The notes below the pieces were generated by a model. It was not told where the DNA came from and did no database searches. It worked only from the letters and a program-made list of their open reading frames with translations. From positions 480,001 through 512,000 of the forward strand of contig OY970350.1 of the NCBI GenBank assembly GCA_963718045.1: a DNA stretch of 32,000 bases, given 5' to 3'. This stretch comes from Candidatus Saccharimonadota bacterium (GTDB lineage: Bacteria > Patescibacteriota > Saccharimonadia > Saccharimonadales > UBA4665). Shown here piece by piece: positions 6,514 to 16,527 of the stretch. The stretch's first letter is position 1. Every line of letters starts with the position of its first letter. The position numbers and the translations under genes were made by a program.

Positions 6514-8321
6514 TGTGCGGCATCGTGGGCTATGTCGGCCGCAGGCCGGCAGCTAATATTATTTACCCTGGGCTTAAGCGGCTTGAATACCGGGGCTATG
6601 ATTCTGCTGGAATTGCCACAATGGATAGGACCATACACACTATAAAAACTGTTGGTGGCACAGAGAACCTAGATATTGAGAACCTCCCTTCCGGACCCAC
6701 TTTAGGGATTGGACATACACGCTGGGCCACACATGGTAAACCATCATTAAATAACGCTCACCCACATACTTTTGGTGACATAACATTAGTCCATAACGGC
6801 ATCATCGAGAACTATGAGGAGCTCAAGCAATTTATTGATGTCTCTAAACTAAAAAGTCAAACAGATAGCGAAGTGCTTGCTGCTCTCATCGATTTCAACT
6901 TCTCTAAAGCCAGTAATTTACTCGAAGCCGTCAAGCTGTCATTATCCCAGGCCAAAGGCACCTTTGGCGTTGCTATCATTTCACCAAAAGTACAAGGGCA
7001 TATCTTTGCCGCTCGCCGAGGCAGCCCGATCGTTATTGGAGTTGGGGTAGATCAAAACTACCTCGCCAGCGATGTCTCTGCAATCATCGATCATACCGAC
7101 AAGGTTATTTATCTGGAAGACGATCAGATTGCTGACATTACATCCTCTTCTCTCGAATTGTACGACATGAAACTAAAACATCAGGACATCCAGGTTGAAC
7201 AACTAGACAAGTTGGATTTGAGTGTAAGCCTGAATGGCTTTAATAGTTATCTTGAAAAGGAGATCTTTGAACAACCAGAGGCTCTTAAGAACGTTATGCG
7301 TGGTCGGGTAGGTAGTGACGGCTCAATAGTTTTGGGCGGACCGAACCTCTCACTGAATGATATTCTAACGCTGAGACATATTCTAATTGTTGGCTGCGGT
7401 ACAGCTTATTTTGCCGGTTATTATGCCAAGTATGAACTAGAAGAAATGCTTGGCATTCCGGTAAGCGTCGAGTATGCCAGTGAATTCCGCTATCGGTATG
7501 GCTCGTACGACCCCAATACAACACTAGCTATATTCATGAGTCAGTCTGGCGAAACGGCCGACACACTAGCATCGCTGCGTGAAGCTAAACGGCGACGATT
7601 GAAAACTCTTGGTATTGTTAACGTTGTCGGCTCAACTATTGCCCGCGAAGTTGATCATGGCGGCATTTACTTGCATGCCGGCATTGAGAAATCTGTCGCT
7701 AGCACAAAAGCCTACAGCTCAATGGTTGTTGCCTTATTAATGCTTGGCGGTTTTTTGTCGTACAAAAGTGGCTGTGATGCGGCGATTACACGAAATCTAG
7801 CAAAAGAATTACTAGCTTTACCGGATGAGCTAGAGGCTACCCTGTCGCTTCAGTCTCAAATCATTAAAATCAGTGGGAAGCTTGCAAAGAACCATGACTG
7901 GTTTTACCTCGGAAGAGGCAATATGTATCCAGTGGCATTAGAGGGCGCATTGAAGATAACAGAAGTTGCCTATATTCATGCTCAGGCTTTTCCTACTGGC
8001 GAAATGAAGCATGGTCCCATTTCCCTCGTCAACAAAGACCACCTTTCTATCCTGCTCCTGCCAGAAGACGAGTTGCTTTACAAAAAAGGTCTATCGGCAC
8101 TCGAAGAAATACGGGCGCGAGGCGGTAAATTACTCACTATATCAACCCGTCCGAAGGAAAGCGGTAGTGATTATCACCTTGAGCTCTCGCATTCTGGAAA
8201 ACATACGGATGGGATACTCTTCAATGTTTGTTTACAGTTAATCGCTCTGGCGGTAGCAACACAAAAAAAGGTTAATATTGACCGGCCCCGGAATCTAGCC
8301 AAGTCAGTAACAGTGGAGTAG
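6513..8321 (+). CDS. glmS: Glutamine--fructose-6-phosphate aminotransferase (isomerizing)
   Basis: N-terminal nucleophile MCGIVGYVG, a GATase-2 domain, two SIS domains, and the canonical C-terminus KSVTVE. Confidence 0.97.
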   Translation: MCGIVGYVGRRPAANIIYPGLKRLEYRGYDSAGIATMDRTIHTIKTVGGTENLDIENLPSGPTLGIGHTRWATHGKPSLNNAHPHTFGDITLVHNGIIENYEELKQFIDVSKLKSQTDSEVLAALIDFNFSKASNLLEAVKLSLSQAKGTFGVAIISPKVQGHIFAARRGSPIVIGVGVDQNYLASDVSAIIDHTDKVIYLEDDQIADITSSSLELYDMKLKHQDIQVEQLDKLDLSVSLNGFNSYLEKEIFEQPEALKNVMRGRVGSDGSIVLGGPNLSLNDILTLRHILIVGCGTAYFAGYYAKYELEEMLGIPVSVEYASEFRYRYGSYDPNTTLAIFMSQSGETADTLASLREAKRRRLKTLGIVNVVGSTIAREVDHGGIYLHAGIEKSVASTKAYSSMVVALLMLGGFLSYKSGCDAAITRNLAKELLALPDELEATLSLQSQIIKISGKLAKNHDWFYLGRGNMYPVALEGALKITEVAYIHAQAFPTGEMKHGPISLVNKDHLSILLLPEDELLYKKGLSALEEIRARGGKLLTISTRPKESGSDYHLELSHSGKHTDGILFNVCLQLIALAVATQKKVNIDRPRNLAKSVTVE

Positions 8322-8477
8322 ACGCTATCCCGTACCTGAGTTCAAAGCCATTTTACAAATTTGACTTCTAACTTCATTACTTTGCCCAGCCAGAAATATT
8401 TTGCAGAGATTAATATTTGCCTGTTATAAATCTTACTAAAATGGTTGTGATAATATTAAATAGAAAATTTAATAAAA

Positions 8478-10247
8478 ATGTGGATACAGCCTTTTAATCC
8501 ATTGCACAATTTGGTTTGGTCAACCCTTATTGCTGTAGCTCCTATTATAATTCTAGGCGGACTACTTCTAAGCCGTAAGGTTGCCGGTTACGTGGCAACA
8601 ATTGTTGCTCTTTTAATTGCCCTGGTTATTGCTATTTGCGTTTATAGTATGCCAGCGAAGCTAGCTGGATTATCTGGTTTGTATGGCGTTTTAGATGGCT
8701 TGATGCCAATTAGCTGGATTGTCTTAGCAGCCATATTCTTATACAACATCAGTGTAGCCAGCGGCAGTTTTGACATAGTCCGCCGTAGTATTGAGTCAAT
8801 TACTAACGACCGGCGACTACAGGCACTACTCATTGCTTTCTGTTTTGGTGCTTTCTTAGAGGGTGCAGCAGGATTTGGTGCTCCGGTGGCAATTACAGCG
8901 GGTATACTAATTGGCCTGGGTTTTGTGCCCATCTATGCTGCAACTGTTTGTTTATTGGCTAATACTGCCCCAGTGGCCTTCGGCGGGATTGGTATTGCCG
9001 TTGTAACAGCAAGTCAGTTGACCAATATAAGCGCCAATACTCTGAGCCGGATGATTGGCCATCAGTTACCGCTTATAGCCCTGATTATCCCCCTCTGGTT
9101 AGTAATTATAATAGCCGGATGGCGCAATGCCCGTGCTATTTGGCCGGCTATATTAGTCACTGGCGGTGCCTATGCCGTAACCATGTTTTTAACGTCCAGT
9201 TACCTAGGCCCATCCTTACCAGACATATTGTCTTCTATTGTTTCCATGCTCTGCCTGGTGGGCCTGCTATCTGTATGGAAACCAAAAACTGTTTGGCGTT
9301 TCCCTAACGAAAAAGCCCCAGTTGCCGAAGAAGATAAATTTCGGCCTAGTATATCAGCTCTTATCAGGGCCTGGACGCCATTCTTATTATTGATTGTATT
9401 TATTACTAATTGGGCATTTTCTGGCACTAAGGCTCTGCTTGAACGGTATACGGTTATTATTCCTTTTGGGCCACTCAATCACAGCATTAGCGTTGGCGGA
9501 CATTTATTAAGTATCAATTACGAATTTGCTTGGCTGCAGGCTGCTGGAACTAGTATCTTTTTAGCGGCTATACTATCGGCAATATTAATGCGAATGCCGT
9601 TTAAGCAGGTTCTTCGGGTTGCCGGGCAGACAATAAATGAGCTAAAACGTCCTATTCTAACGATTGCATCAATTGTCGGTTTCGCATATGTCGCTAATTA
9701 CTCCGGTATGTCGGCCACGCTTAGCAGGGCCCTTTCAAATACAGGTAGAGTTTTTCCGTTAGTGGCACCACTGCTCGGCTGGATAGGAGTTTTTATAACT
9801 GGCAGCGATACATCATCCAATGCCCTCTTCAGTACCGTCCAGGCCCATACGGCTACTGCGCTTGGCATAAACCCGGTCCTTACTGTGGCCTCTAACAGCT
9901 CAGGAGGTGTGGCGGCTAAAATGATTTCCCCTCAAAACATTGCTGTGGCTGCAGCCGCGACTAAACTAACAAACAAGGAAGGCAGACTTTTCCGGCGGGT
10001 AGTCCTGCACAGTGTAGCTCTTGTTAGCATCATCTGCATAATGACATACCTTCAAGCCAATTACTTAAAATGGATGATACCGTCTTACTCGGCAATAGGT
10101 AAACAAGTAACCGCTCGATTTAGTTCTTCAGATATGATAATTATTGGAATTTCAGCAGTAGCCATTATTGCTTTGGCAATAACCGCTCATTACGGGAGAT
10201 CTTCTGCTTACCCAAAGGAACCAGCCAGTAACTTCCATGCAGTTTAA
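8478..10247 (+). CDS. L-lactate permease (LctP family)
   Basis: 589 aa polytopic protein. The block AFCFGAFLEGAAGFGAPVAITAGILIGLGF and the later GSDTSSNALF motif are characteristic of LctP/LldP-family permeases. Confidence 0.85.
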   Translation: MWIQPFNPLHNLVWSTLIAVAPIIILGGLLLSRKVAGYVATIVALLIALVIAICVYSMPAKLAGLSGLYGVLDGLMPISWIVLAAIFLYNISVASGSFDIVRRSIESITNDRRLQALLIAFCFGAFLEGAAGFGAPVAITAGILIGLGFVPIYAATVCLLANTAPVAFGGIGIAVVTASQLTNISANTLSRMIGHQLPLIALIIPLWLVIIIAGWRNARAIWPAILVTGGAYAVTMFLTSSYLGPSLPDILSSIVSMLCLVGLLSVWKPKTVWRFPNEKAPVAEEDKFRPSISALIRAWTPFLLLIVFITNWAFSGTKALLERYTVIIPFGPLNHSISVGGHLLSINYEFAWLQAAGTSIFLAAILSAILMRMPFKQVLRVAGQTINELKRPILTIASIVGFAYVANYSGMSATLSRALSNTGRVFPLVAPLLGWIGVFITGSDTSSNALFSTVQAHTATALGINPVLTVASNSSGGVAAKMISPQNIAVAAAATKLTNKEGRLFRRVVLHSVALVSIICIMTYLQANYLKWMIPSYSAIGKQVTARFSSSDMIIIGISAVAIIALAITAHYGRSSAYPKEPASNFHAV

Positions 10248-10273
10248 TGCAAAACTTGAAAGCCTGTTTTGTT

Positions 10274-11032
10274 TTAAGACAGTGAGCTATTGAACGCCCT
10301 GGTAGCCCAAGCTACGACAATAATAGTCAGCGGGATCAGGAACAAAAACGCTTCACCGACTTGGGCATTGAGAACATGACCGGCAACTAACAGCCGTCCT
10401 GCCTGAACGGCGTAATATGCGGGGTTAAAATGGGCAATTACCTGCAGCCAGGTTGGCGCCAGAACCATTGGAAGCAGCATGCCGGATAGCAGGATTATGG
10501 GTAAATTAATTCCCTGAACTATCGGAGATAGTCTGTCTTCATCTTTCAAAATAAGTCCTAGGGCATTACCGAATGACGAAGTCGTAATTAATAGGAGGGC
10601 GACTAATACCAGTAGTACCAGATAACCTAGAATGTGAATATGAAAGCCGAATGGGATAGCGACTAGCGTAAAAAAGACGACTATTACGAGGGTATTAACT
10701 AGATCTCTCAGGACTCTTCCGGCAAGCAGCGCAAAACGGCTCACGGGCGTAACTCGAAAACGTTCAACTACTCCGTTCTTTACTTCGTCAATCATGGTAT
10801 AGCCAACAAAAAGTCCGCTTAAAAAGGCGACTATCACCAGCAGTCCTGGTACGAATAAATTAAGCACGTCAGCCGAACTATAGCCAGGTATATGGAGTTT
10901 TTTAAGCAGTGGCGAAAACAAAAGCAGATAGACAACTGGTGTTAGCATGCTGACGACTATATATATCGGGTTACGAAGCGTTTCCAGCATTTTACGCCAA
11001 AAAAGAAGTCTTATATCGTTCAAGGTTTTCAT
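10274..11032 (-). CDS. ABC-2 type exporter permease (DrrB-like)
   Basis: 252 aa with 6 predicted TM segments. Its start overlaps the stop of the upstream ATPase gene by 4 nt. Confidence 0.8.
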   Translation of the reverse strand: MKTLNDIRLLFWRKMLETLRNPIYIVVSMLTPVVYLLLFSPLLKKLHIPGYSSADVLNLFVPGLLVIVAFLSGLFVGYTMIDEVKNGVVERFRVTPVSRFALLAGRVLRDLVNTLVIVVFFTLVAIPFGFHIHILGYLVLLVLVALLLITTSSFGNALGLILKDEDRLSPIVQGINLPIILLSGMLLPMVLAPTWLQVIAHFNPAYYAVQAGRLLVAGHVLNAQVGEAFLFLIPLTIIVVAWATRAFNSSLS

Positions 11033-12006
11033 TCTTGCGCCTCCTTGTCTCTTAACGAATAACCTGTTCTTAGTAAAAATACATCGTCAAGAGACGGTTC
11101 GGTGATGGTTATTGTTTTTAGCTTGATTCTTTGCTGATCGATTAGTTTCATAAATTGATCTACCGCAAACGCCCCATTTTTAACATGGATTCTAATATAC
11201 CCCTCATCCTCGCTAACTTTATGGGTAAATTTTTCTTTACTAAGCAGTGTTAGTAACTTTGGCCCCTCTTCTGCCTGATTAACTATGCTGACAGTAATAC
11301 AATCTACACCAACATCTTTCTTTAAAGTTGCAGGTGTGCCCTCGGCGACAATTTTACCCTCGTCAATAATCATCAGCCGGTCAGATAAAATATCGGCTTC
11401 TTCCATGTAATGAGTAGTTAAGAAGATCGTAACGCCCTCGTTTTTAAGTTTAGTAATCTCGTCCCATAAGTTTGCCCGGTTTTGAGGATCGAGGCCGACA
11501 GTCGGTTCATCCAAAAACAGTACTTCCGGGCGATGCATAATGCCGATGGCTACGTCTAGTCTTCGTCTTTGCCCGCCTGAATAGGAATAAACAATTCTAT
11601 CAGCAAAGTTATCCAGTTGAAGCAGTTTAATTAGCTCTTCTGCTCTTGCTTTAGCTTCCTGACGAGACATGCCGTACAACCGTCCCTGAAGAATCAGGTT
11701 CTCTACTCCGGTAGCTGGACGATCGGATCCTCCGTTTTGGCCAACGTAGCCGATATGACGACGGACTTCATCTGGTTCTTTAATAGCATCGTAACCGGCT
11801 ATAGTAATACTGCCGCTAGTTGGCGGCATTAGCGTAGAAAGCATCCTGAGCGTAGTAGTTTTACCGGCGCCGTTTGGTCCTAGGAATCCGAATATCTCAC
11901 CGCCTTGATCGACCGAGATATTAACTCCGTCAACAGCCTTAATTAAGCCTCTTTTGGTAGAAAAATATTTCTTTAAGTTTTTTGTAAGCACAACTTGATC
12001 TGACAT
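11029..12006 (-). CDS. ABC transporter ATP-binding protein (DrrA / daunorubicin-resistance-like)
   Basis: Walker A GPNGAGKTTT, signature SGGQRRRL, Walker B LFLDEPT, H-loop TTHYMEEA. Confidence 0.9.
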   Translation of the reverse strand: MSDQVVLTKNLKKYFSTKRGLIKAVDGVNISVDQGGEIFGFLGPNGAGKTTTLRMLSTLMPPTSGSITIAGYDAIKEPDEVRRHIGYVGQNGGSDRPATGVENLILQGRLYGMSRQEAKARAEELIKLLQLDNFADRIVYSYSGGQRRRLDVAIGIMHRPEVLFLDEPTVGLDPQNRANLWDEITKLKNEGVTIFLTTHYMEEADILSDRLMIIDEGKIVAEGTPATLKKDVGVDCITVSIVNQAEEGPKLLTLLSKEKFTHKVSEDEGYIRIHVKNGAFAVDQFMKLIDQQRIKLKTITITEPSLDDVFLLRTGYSLRDKEAQE

Positions 12007-12185
12007 ATACCGTCCGTCTCTCAGTTTTATTTGTTACCGATATATTTTATATGAGTTATCTTCATTAACATAGAGTTAATTAAGTAATGCGGTAAGCTAT
12101 TAAGTCGGTCGGAAATTCATTAACCGTAGATAGTCAAAATCATAAGCAAAATAGAATTATTTAAGGTATAATTTAATCATCAAAA

Positions 12186-12677
12186 ATGAAAGACACATTC
12201 CACAGATTTTCGGTTAAATTATCTTCTCTTGCCGGTACGACGTGGGCCTTCATGCTAGCCATCATAGGAGTATTAATATGGGTTGTCAGCGGCCCTTATT
12301 ACCACTTCTCTAACACCTGGCTGGTATTAATATCGGCTATAACTGATGTCGTAATATTCGTTATGGTATTTTCAATTCAAAATACTCAAAACCGAGACAG
12401 CAAGGCCATACAACTTAAACTAAATGAATTAATTCACGCCGACAAGAGAGCCCGTGACGAATTTGTAGGCCTTGAGGAACTGACCGATCAGGAGTTGGTA
12501 GATATAGATAATGAGTTCAAGAAGATTCTGACCAATGTCGACCCAAATCACCCTTTGCATAAACTTCATAAAAAAATAGCCGAAGAGAAAAGTTTTAGAT
12601 TTGATCTTCCCAAGCAAGCCGGACGAATTGTCGAGACACTTCTAAGCCCGTTTAAAGAAGACACTAAAGATCATTAA
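12186..12677 (+). CDS. Low-affinity iron permease family protein (Fet4-like, PF04120-type)
   Basis: FHRFSVKLSSLAGTTWAFMLA...NTWLVLISAITDVVIFVMVFSIQNTQNRDSKAIQLKLNELI is the typical family core. A TATAAT at 12167-12172 lies 13 nt upstream of the ATG, and there is no SD. Confidence 0.75.
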   Translation: MKDTFHRFSVKLSSLAGTTWAFMLAIIGVLIWVVSGPYYHFSNTWLVLISAITDVVIFVMVFSIQNTQNRDSKAIQLKLNELIHADKRARDEFVGLEELTDQELVDIDNEFKKILTNVDPNHPLHKLHKKIAEEKSFRFDLPKQAGRIVETLLSPFKEDTKDH

Positions 12678-12697
12678 TAGTCTAGCTTACAGCGGCC

Positions 12698-14731
12698 TTA
12701 AGCGCCCTGCATATAGTCTATGGCTTCGGTGAACTGGCTGTTATAAAGTGATGCATAAAAACCATTTTGGGCCAATAGTTTATTGTGGGTACCGTGTTCG
12801 ACAATGTTGCCGTCGCGCATCACAAGGATTAGATCGGCATTACGGATAGTGCTCAGTCTGTGGGCAATCACAAAACTGGTTCGGCCCTTCATTAGCCTCT
12901 CCATGGCACTTTGAATTAATACTTCGGTGCGGGTATCGACTGAGCTGGTAGCTTCATCGAGTATCAGCATTGGCGGATCGGCCAGCATGGCCCTGGCAAT
13001 TGTAATAAGCTGCTTCTCGCCCTGGGCTAAGTTGCCTGCTTCTTCGTCTAAGACCATATCGTAGCTTTTAGGCAAGGCGCGAATAAAGCCGTCAGCATGG
13101 GCGGCCTTAGCGGCATCGACTATTTCCTCCATTGTGGCGTTATCTTTACCGTAGGCAATATTGTCTTTAACGCTGCCGTTAAAAAGCCAGGTGTCCTGCA
13201 GTACCATGCCGAATATCTTGCGGACATCAGCCCGCTTCATATCACGGGTATCAACGCCTTCTATCCTGATATGACCATCATTTACATCATAAAAACGCAT
13301 CAGCAGGTTGACCATGGTTGTTTTACCGGCACCTGTCGGACCGACTATAGCTATGCGTTGTCCGGCTTTTATGCTAGCTGTAAAGTCCTTAATGATCGTT
13401 TTCCCGGGGTAGTAGCCGAATTTAACATGATCAAAGACAACGTCACCCTTAACTTCATCAAGAACTTTATAGTTTATGGGGTCGGAAGGCTCTTCTTCCT
13501 CGCCAAGGAAATCAAAAACCCGCTCAGCAGCGGCCGCGGCAAGCTGCAGGACATTGGCTACGTTAGCAGCCTGGGTAATCGGCTGGTTAAGCAGGTTTAT
13601 ATAAATTAAGAATGATTGAATGCCGCCAATGCTGACTGAACCCTGGACGGCCAGCCAGCCGCCGCCAACTGCCACGCCGACAAAGCCTAAGTTGCCGACA
13701 AACTGGGTAATAGGCATCAGCAAGCCGGACAGGAACTGGGACCTCCAGGCATTGCCGTAGAGCTTATCATTCAGCTTACGAAAGGTGGCAATGGAACGCT
13801 GTTCGCCGTTAAAGGCGCGCATAACAACGTGTCCGGAAAACATTTCTTCAACGTGTCCGTTAAGTTCGGCTAGACTATCCTGCTGGCCCATAAAATACCC
13901 TTGAGAACGTTTAATTATTAGAGTACTCAGGCCAAAGCTAATGGGGATCATGGTAAGGGCAATGAGGGCTAGCTTCCAGCTGATGGTAAACATCATGCCA
14001 ATTACACCTATAACCATGACTATGGAGGTAATAATTTGAGTCAGGCTTTGGTTTAGGTTTTGGCCGACCGTATCGACGTCATTGGTGACCCGGCTAAGAA
14101 TTTCACCGTATGGCTGATTGTCGAAGTACCTGAGCGGAAGATGGTCGATCTTACGGGCAATATCATGGCGTAATCTATAAGTAAGCTGCTGGACCATGTC
14201 GGTCATCAGCCAGCTTTGGCCGTAGGAGAAGATAGCGCTTATAAGATAAATTACGACCAATACGATGGCCAGATTGGCAATACTATGAAAATCAAAGCCG
14301 GCATGTCCGTTGGTAAATATAACCTTTGAAATGGCTGATTTCGCCGATGCCGGAATTTTGTCTGATATCTTAGCTGGCAGATGAGTTAACAGTTGCTGCC
14401 CGGTCATATGGGCAGGCAGTTTAATTGCTTTTGGCAGTTTGCTTATAATCCCCGAACTGGTACGCTGGGCTATATAGCCGTCGACCACATCATTGGTCAT
14501 GTCTCCCAGCAGCTTCGGTCCGGCAATCATAAATGATGTGCTGATAATGGCAAATATAAAGACTACACCCAGCCGGAACCAATACGGCCGGAGATACTTA
14601 ATAAGCTGTTTCATTGTGCCTTTAAAGTTTTTGGCCCGGTCAGTACCAAAAGCAATAGGGCCACTTCTACCGGCAGCGCGCCCTAGGCCTAAGCCAGCTG
14701 GTCGCGCGGGAGGTCGTTGTTCATCACTCAT
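12698..14731 (-). CDS. ABC exporter, fused permease/ATPase (type I exporter half-transporter, MdlB/YheH-like), second subunit
   Basis: 6-TM ABC_membrane domain, then Walker A GPTGAGKTT, signature LAQGEKQL, Walker B LILDEATS. The start overlaps the stop of the upstream paralogue by 4 nt. Confidence 0.9.
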   Translation of the reverse strand: MSDEQRPPARPAGLGLGRAAGRSGPIAFGTDRAKNFKGTMKQLIKYLRPYWFRLGVVFIFAIISTSFMIAGPKLLGDMTNDVVDGYIAQRTSSGIISKLPKAIKLPAHMTGQQLLTHLPAKISDKIPASAKSAISKVIFTNGHAGFDFHSIANLAIVLVVIYLISAIFSYGQSWLMTDMVQQLTYRLRHDIARKIDHLPLRYFDNQPYGEILSRVTNDVDTVGQNLNQSLTQIITSIVMVIGVIGMMFTISWKLALIALTMIPISFGLSTLIIKRSQGYFMGQQDSLAELNGHVEEMFSGHVVMRAFNGEQRSIATFRKLNDKLYGNAWRSQFLSGLLMPITQFVGNLGFVGVAVGGGWLAVQGSVSIGGIQSFLIYINLLNQPITQAANVANVLQLAAAAAERVFDFLGEEEEPSDPINYKVLDEVKGDVVFDHVKFGYYPGKTIIKDFTASIKAGQRIAIVGPTGAGKTTMVNLLMRFYDVNDGHIRIEGVDTRDMKRADVRKIFGMVLQDTWLFNGSVKDNIAYGKDNATMEEIVDAAKAAHADGFIRALPKSYDMVLDEEAGNLAQGEKQLITIARAMLADPPMLILDEATSSVDTRTEVLIQSAMERLMKGRTSFVIAHRLSTIRNADLILVMRDGNIVEHGTHNKLLAQNGFYASLYNSQFTEAIDYMQGA

Positions 14732-16503
14732 ATGGCAGCTCCGGCGTCTTGGGCTTTAAAATTCCCAAGCGTTTCACTTAGTTCTTTTTCCGACAACTGA
14801 GACTCGGCGATTTCCTGATAGATTTTACAAGTCTTTAATAGTTCCTCGTGTCTTCCCTGCCCGACTATCCGGCCATCATCAATAACGATTATGTTGTCAG
14901 CGTGCATAATCGTACTTATCCGCTGGGCGACTATCAGGACGGTTTTATCCAGCGTTTCTTTTTCTAGAGCTTTACGAAGTCTTGCATCAGTCGCAAAGTC
15001 AAGAGCCGAGAAACTGTCATCAAAAATATATATCTCTGGCTTATAGGCTAGAGCCCGAGCAATACTAAGCCGCTGTTTTTGACCACCTGAGACATTGGTA
15101 CCTCCTTGAGATATGGGGCCCTCCATCTTGTCTTCCAGCAGGTTAATAAATTCTGAAGCTTGGGCAACGCTCGCAGCTTTGTTAAGCTCATCTGGAGTCG
15201 CTTTTGGTGATCCGTAGGCTATATTACTTTTAACAGTCCCTGAGAATAGGACTGCTTTTTGCGGTATATAGCCGATCTTACGGTGAAGATCTGTTTGAGT
15301 CATTTGTCGAACATCAACACCGTCAACTAGCACCTGGCCATGGGTTGCATCGTAAAAGCGGGGGATTAGGTTGACAAGGGTTGACTTGCCGCTTCCAGTA
15401 CTGCCGACAAAAGCTGTGGTTTGACCCGGCCGTGCTTCAAATGTAATGTGTTCAAGCACCGGTCTTTCTGCTCCGGTATAAGTAAATGTTACATCTTTAA
15501 AAGAAACGACACCGCGTTCACTGTCCGATGATTTTGCAGACTCTAATGGATCAGCTACGGCTGGCTCGGTGGCTAATACTTGGCCGATACGTTCAGCTGA
15601 CACCATAGCGCGAGGTGCAAACACAAAAATGATCGATATCATCAGAAAAGCCATGATCCCGTAAAGCGCGTACTGGACAAATGCCAGCATTCCGCCTATT
15701 TGTAAATGACCGGAGCTAACTTCATGGGCACCGACCCAGACGATCAGTATGCTGACACCGTTCATGATAAGCATCATTGTCGGCTGCATAGTTGACAGCA
15801 AGCGGTTGACAAAGGTGTTGACTTCTCTTAAGTCTTTATTTACATCATTAAATTTATCTTCTTCACGTTTTTCACGGTTGAAGGCTCTTATTACCCTTAT
15901 ACCTGTTAGAAACTCCCGGGTCACAAGGTTAAGTTGATCGACTAGCTTTTGGACTTTATGAAACCTGGGCATGACTAAGGCGAATAGGCTGGCAACCACT
16001 AAGATAAGGGCGGCAATAGCGACAGCCATTATCCAGGTCATCGAGGGAGCTAAATGGTAGGCCTTAATAATAGCCCCGACACCTAAGAAAGGTGCCATAA
16101 AAGCCAGCCGCAGCAGCATAACCAGCACTTGTTGAATTTGCTGGACGTCATTTGTTGACCTGGTAATTAAGGAAGCGCTGGAAAAGCTGTTAAATTCAAC
16201 TAGGGAAAATCTTTCGACTTTAGTAAAAATTGCTTCCCTGATCCGGCGCGTATAACTAGTAGCCATCCGCGTAGCCACAAAACTGACACAGACCATAAAA
16301 ACGCCGCCCAGTAAGGCAATAATAATCATTCGTAGTCCGGTGCTATATATAACTTTCGTATTGCTGGCGACAACACCTTTGTCGATAATCGTAGCCATAT
16401 AATTAGGCAGTGCCAGAGTAGTCCAGGTTTGGCCGTAAACTAGGCCTAATAGAAGCACTAGGGGTAATAAATAAGGTATAAAGTAATAAGCAAGTTTCCG
16501 CAC
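14728..16503 (-). CDS. ABC exporter, fused permease/ATPase (half-transporter, MdlA/YheI-like), first subunit
   Basis: Walker A GSTGSGKST, signature VSGGQKQRLSIARA, Walker B YIFDDSFS. Confidence 0.9.
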   Translation of the reverse strand: MRKLAYYFIPYLLPLVLLLGLVYGQTWTTLALPNYMATIIDKGVVASNTKVIYSTGLRMIIIALLGGVFMVCVSFVATRMATSYTRRIREAIFTKVERFSLVEFNSFSSASLITRSTNDVQQIQQVLVMLLRLAFMAPFLGVGAIIKAYHLAPSMTWIMAVAIAALILVVASLFALVMPRFHKVQKLVDQLNLVTREFLTGIRVIRAFNREKREEDKFNDVNKDLREVNTFVNRLLSTMQPTMMLIMNGVSILIVWVGAHEVSSGHLQIGGMLAFVQYALYGIMAFLMISIIFVFAPRAMVSAERIGQVLATEPAVADPLESAKSSDSERGVVSFKDVTFTYTGAERPVLEHITFEARPGQTTAFVGSTGSGKSTLVNLIPRFYDATHGQVLVDGVDVRQMTQTDLHRKIGYIPQKAVLFSGTVKSNIAYGSPKATPDELNKAASVAQASEFINLLEDKMEGPISQGGTNVSGGQKQRLSIARALAYKPEIYIFDDSFSALDFATDARLRKALEKETLDKTVLIVAQRISTIMHADNIIVIDDGRIVGQGRHEELLKTCKIYQEIAESQLSEKELSETLGNFKAQDAGAAI

Positions 16504-16527
16504 TTTTAGTTTTTCTTCAGTTTCATA

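Noticed and set aside
13097-13609. 170-aa antisense ORF inside the ABC exporter gene (also 14493-14759 and 15749-15937)
   Set aside because: These are typical spurious antisense frames of relatively GC-rich ABC genes. The sense strand has unambiguous Walker and signature motifs.
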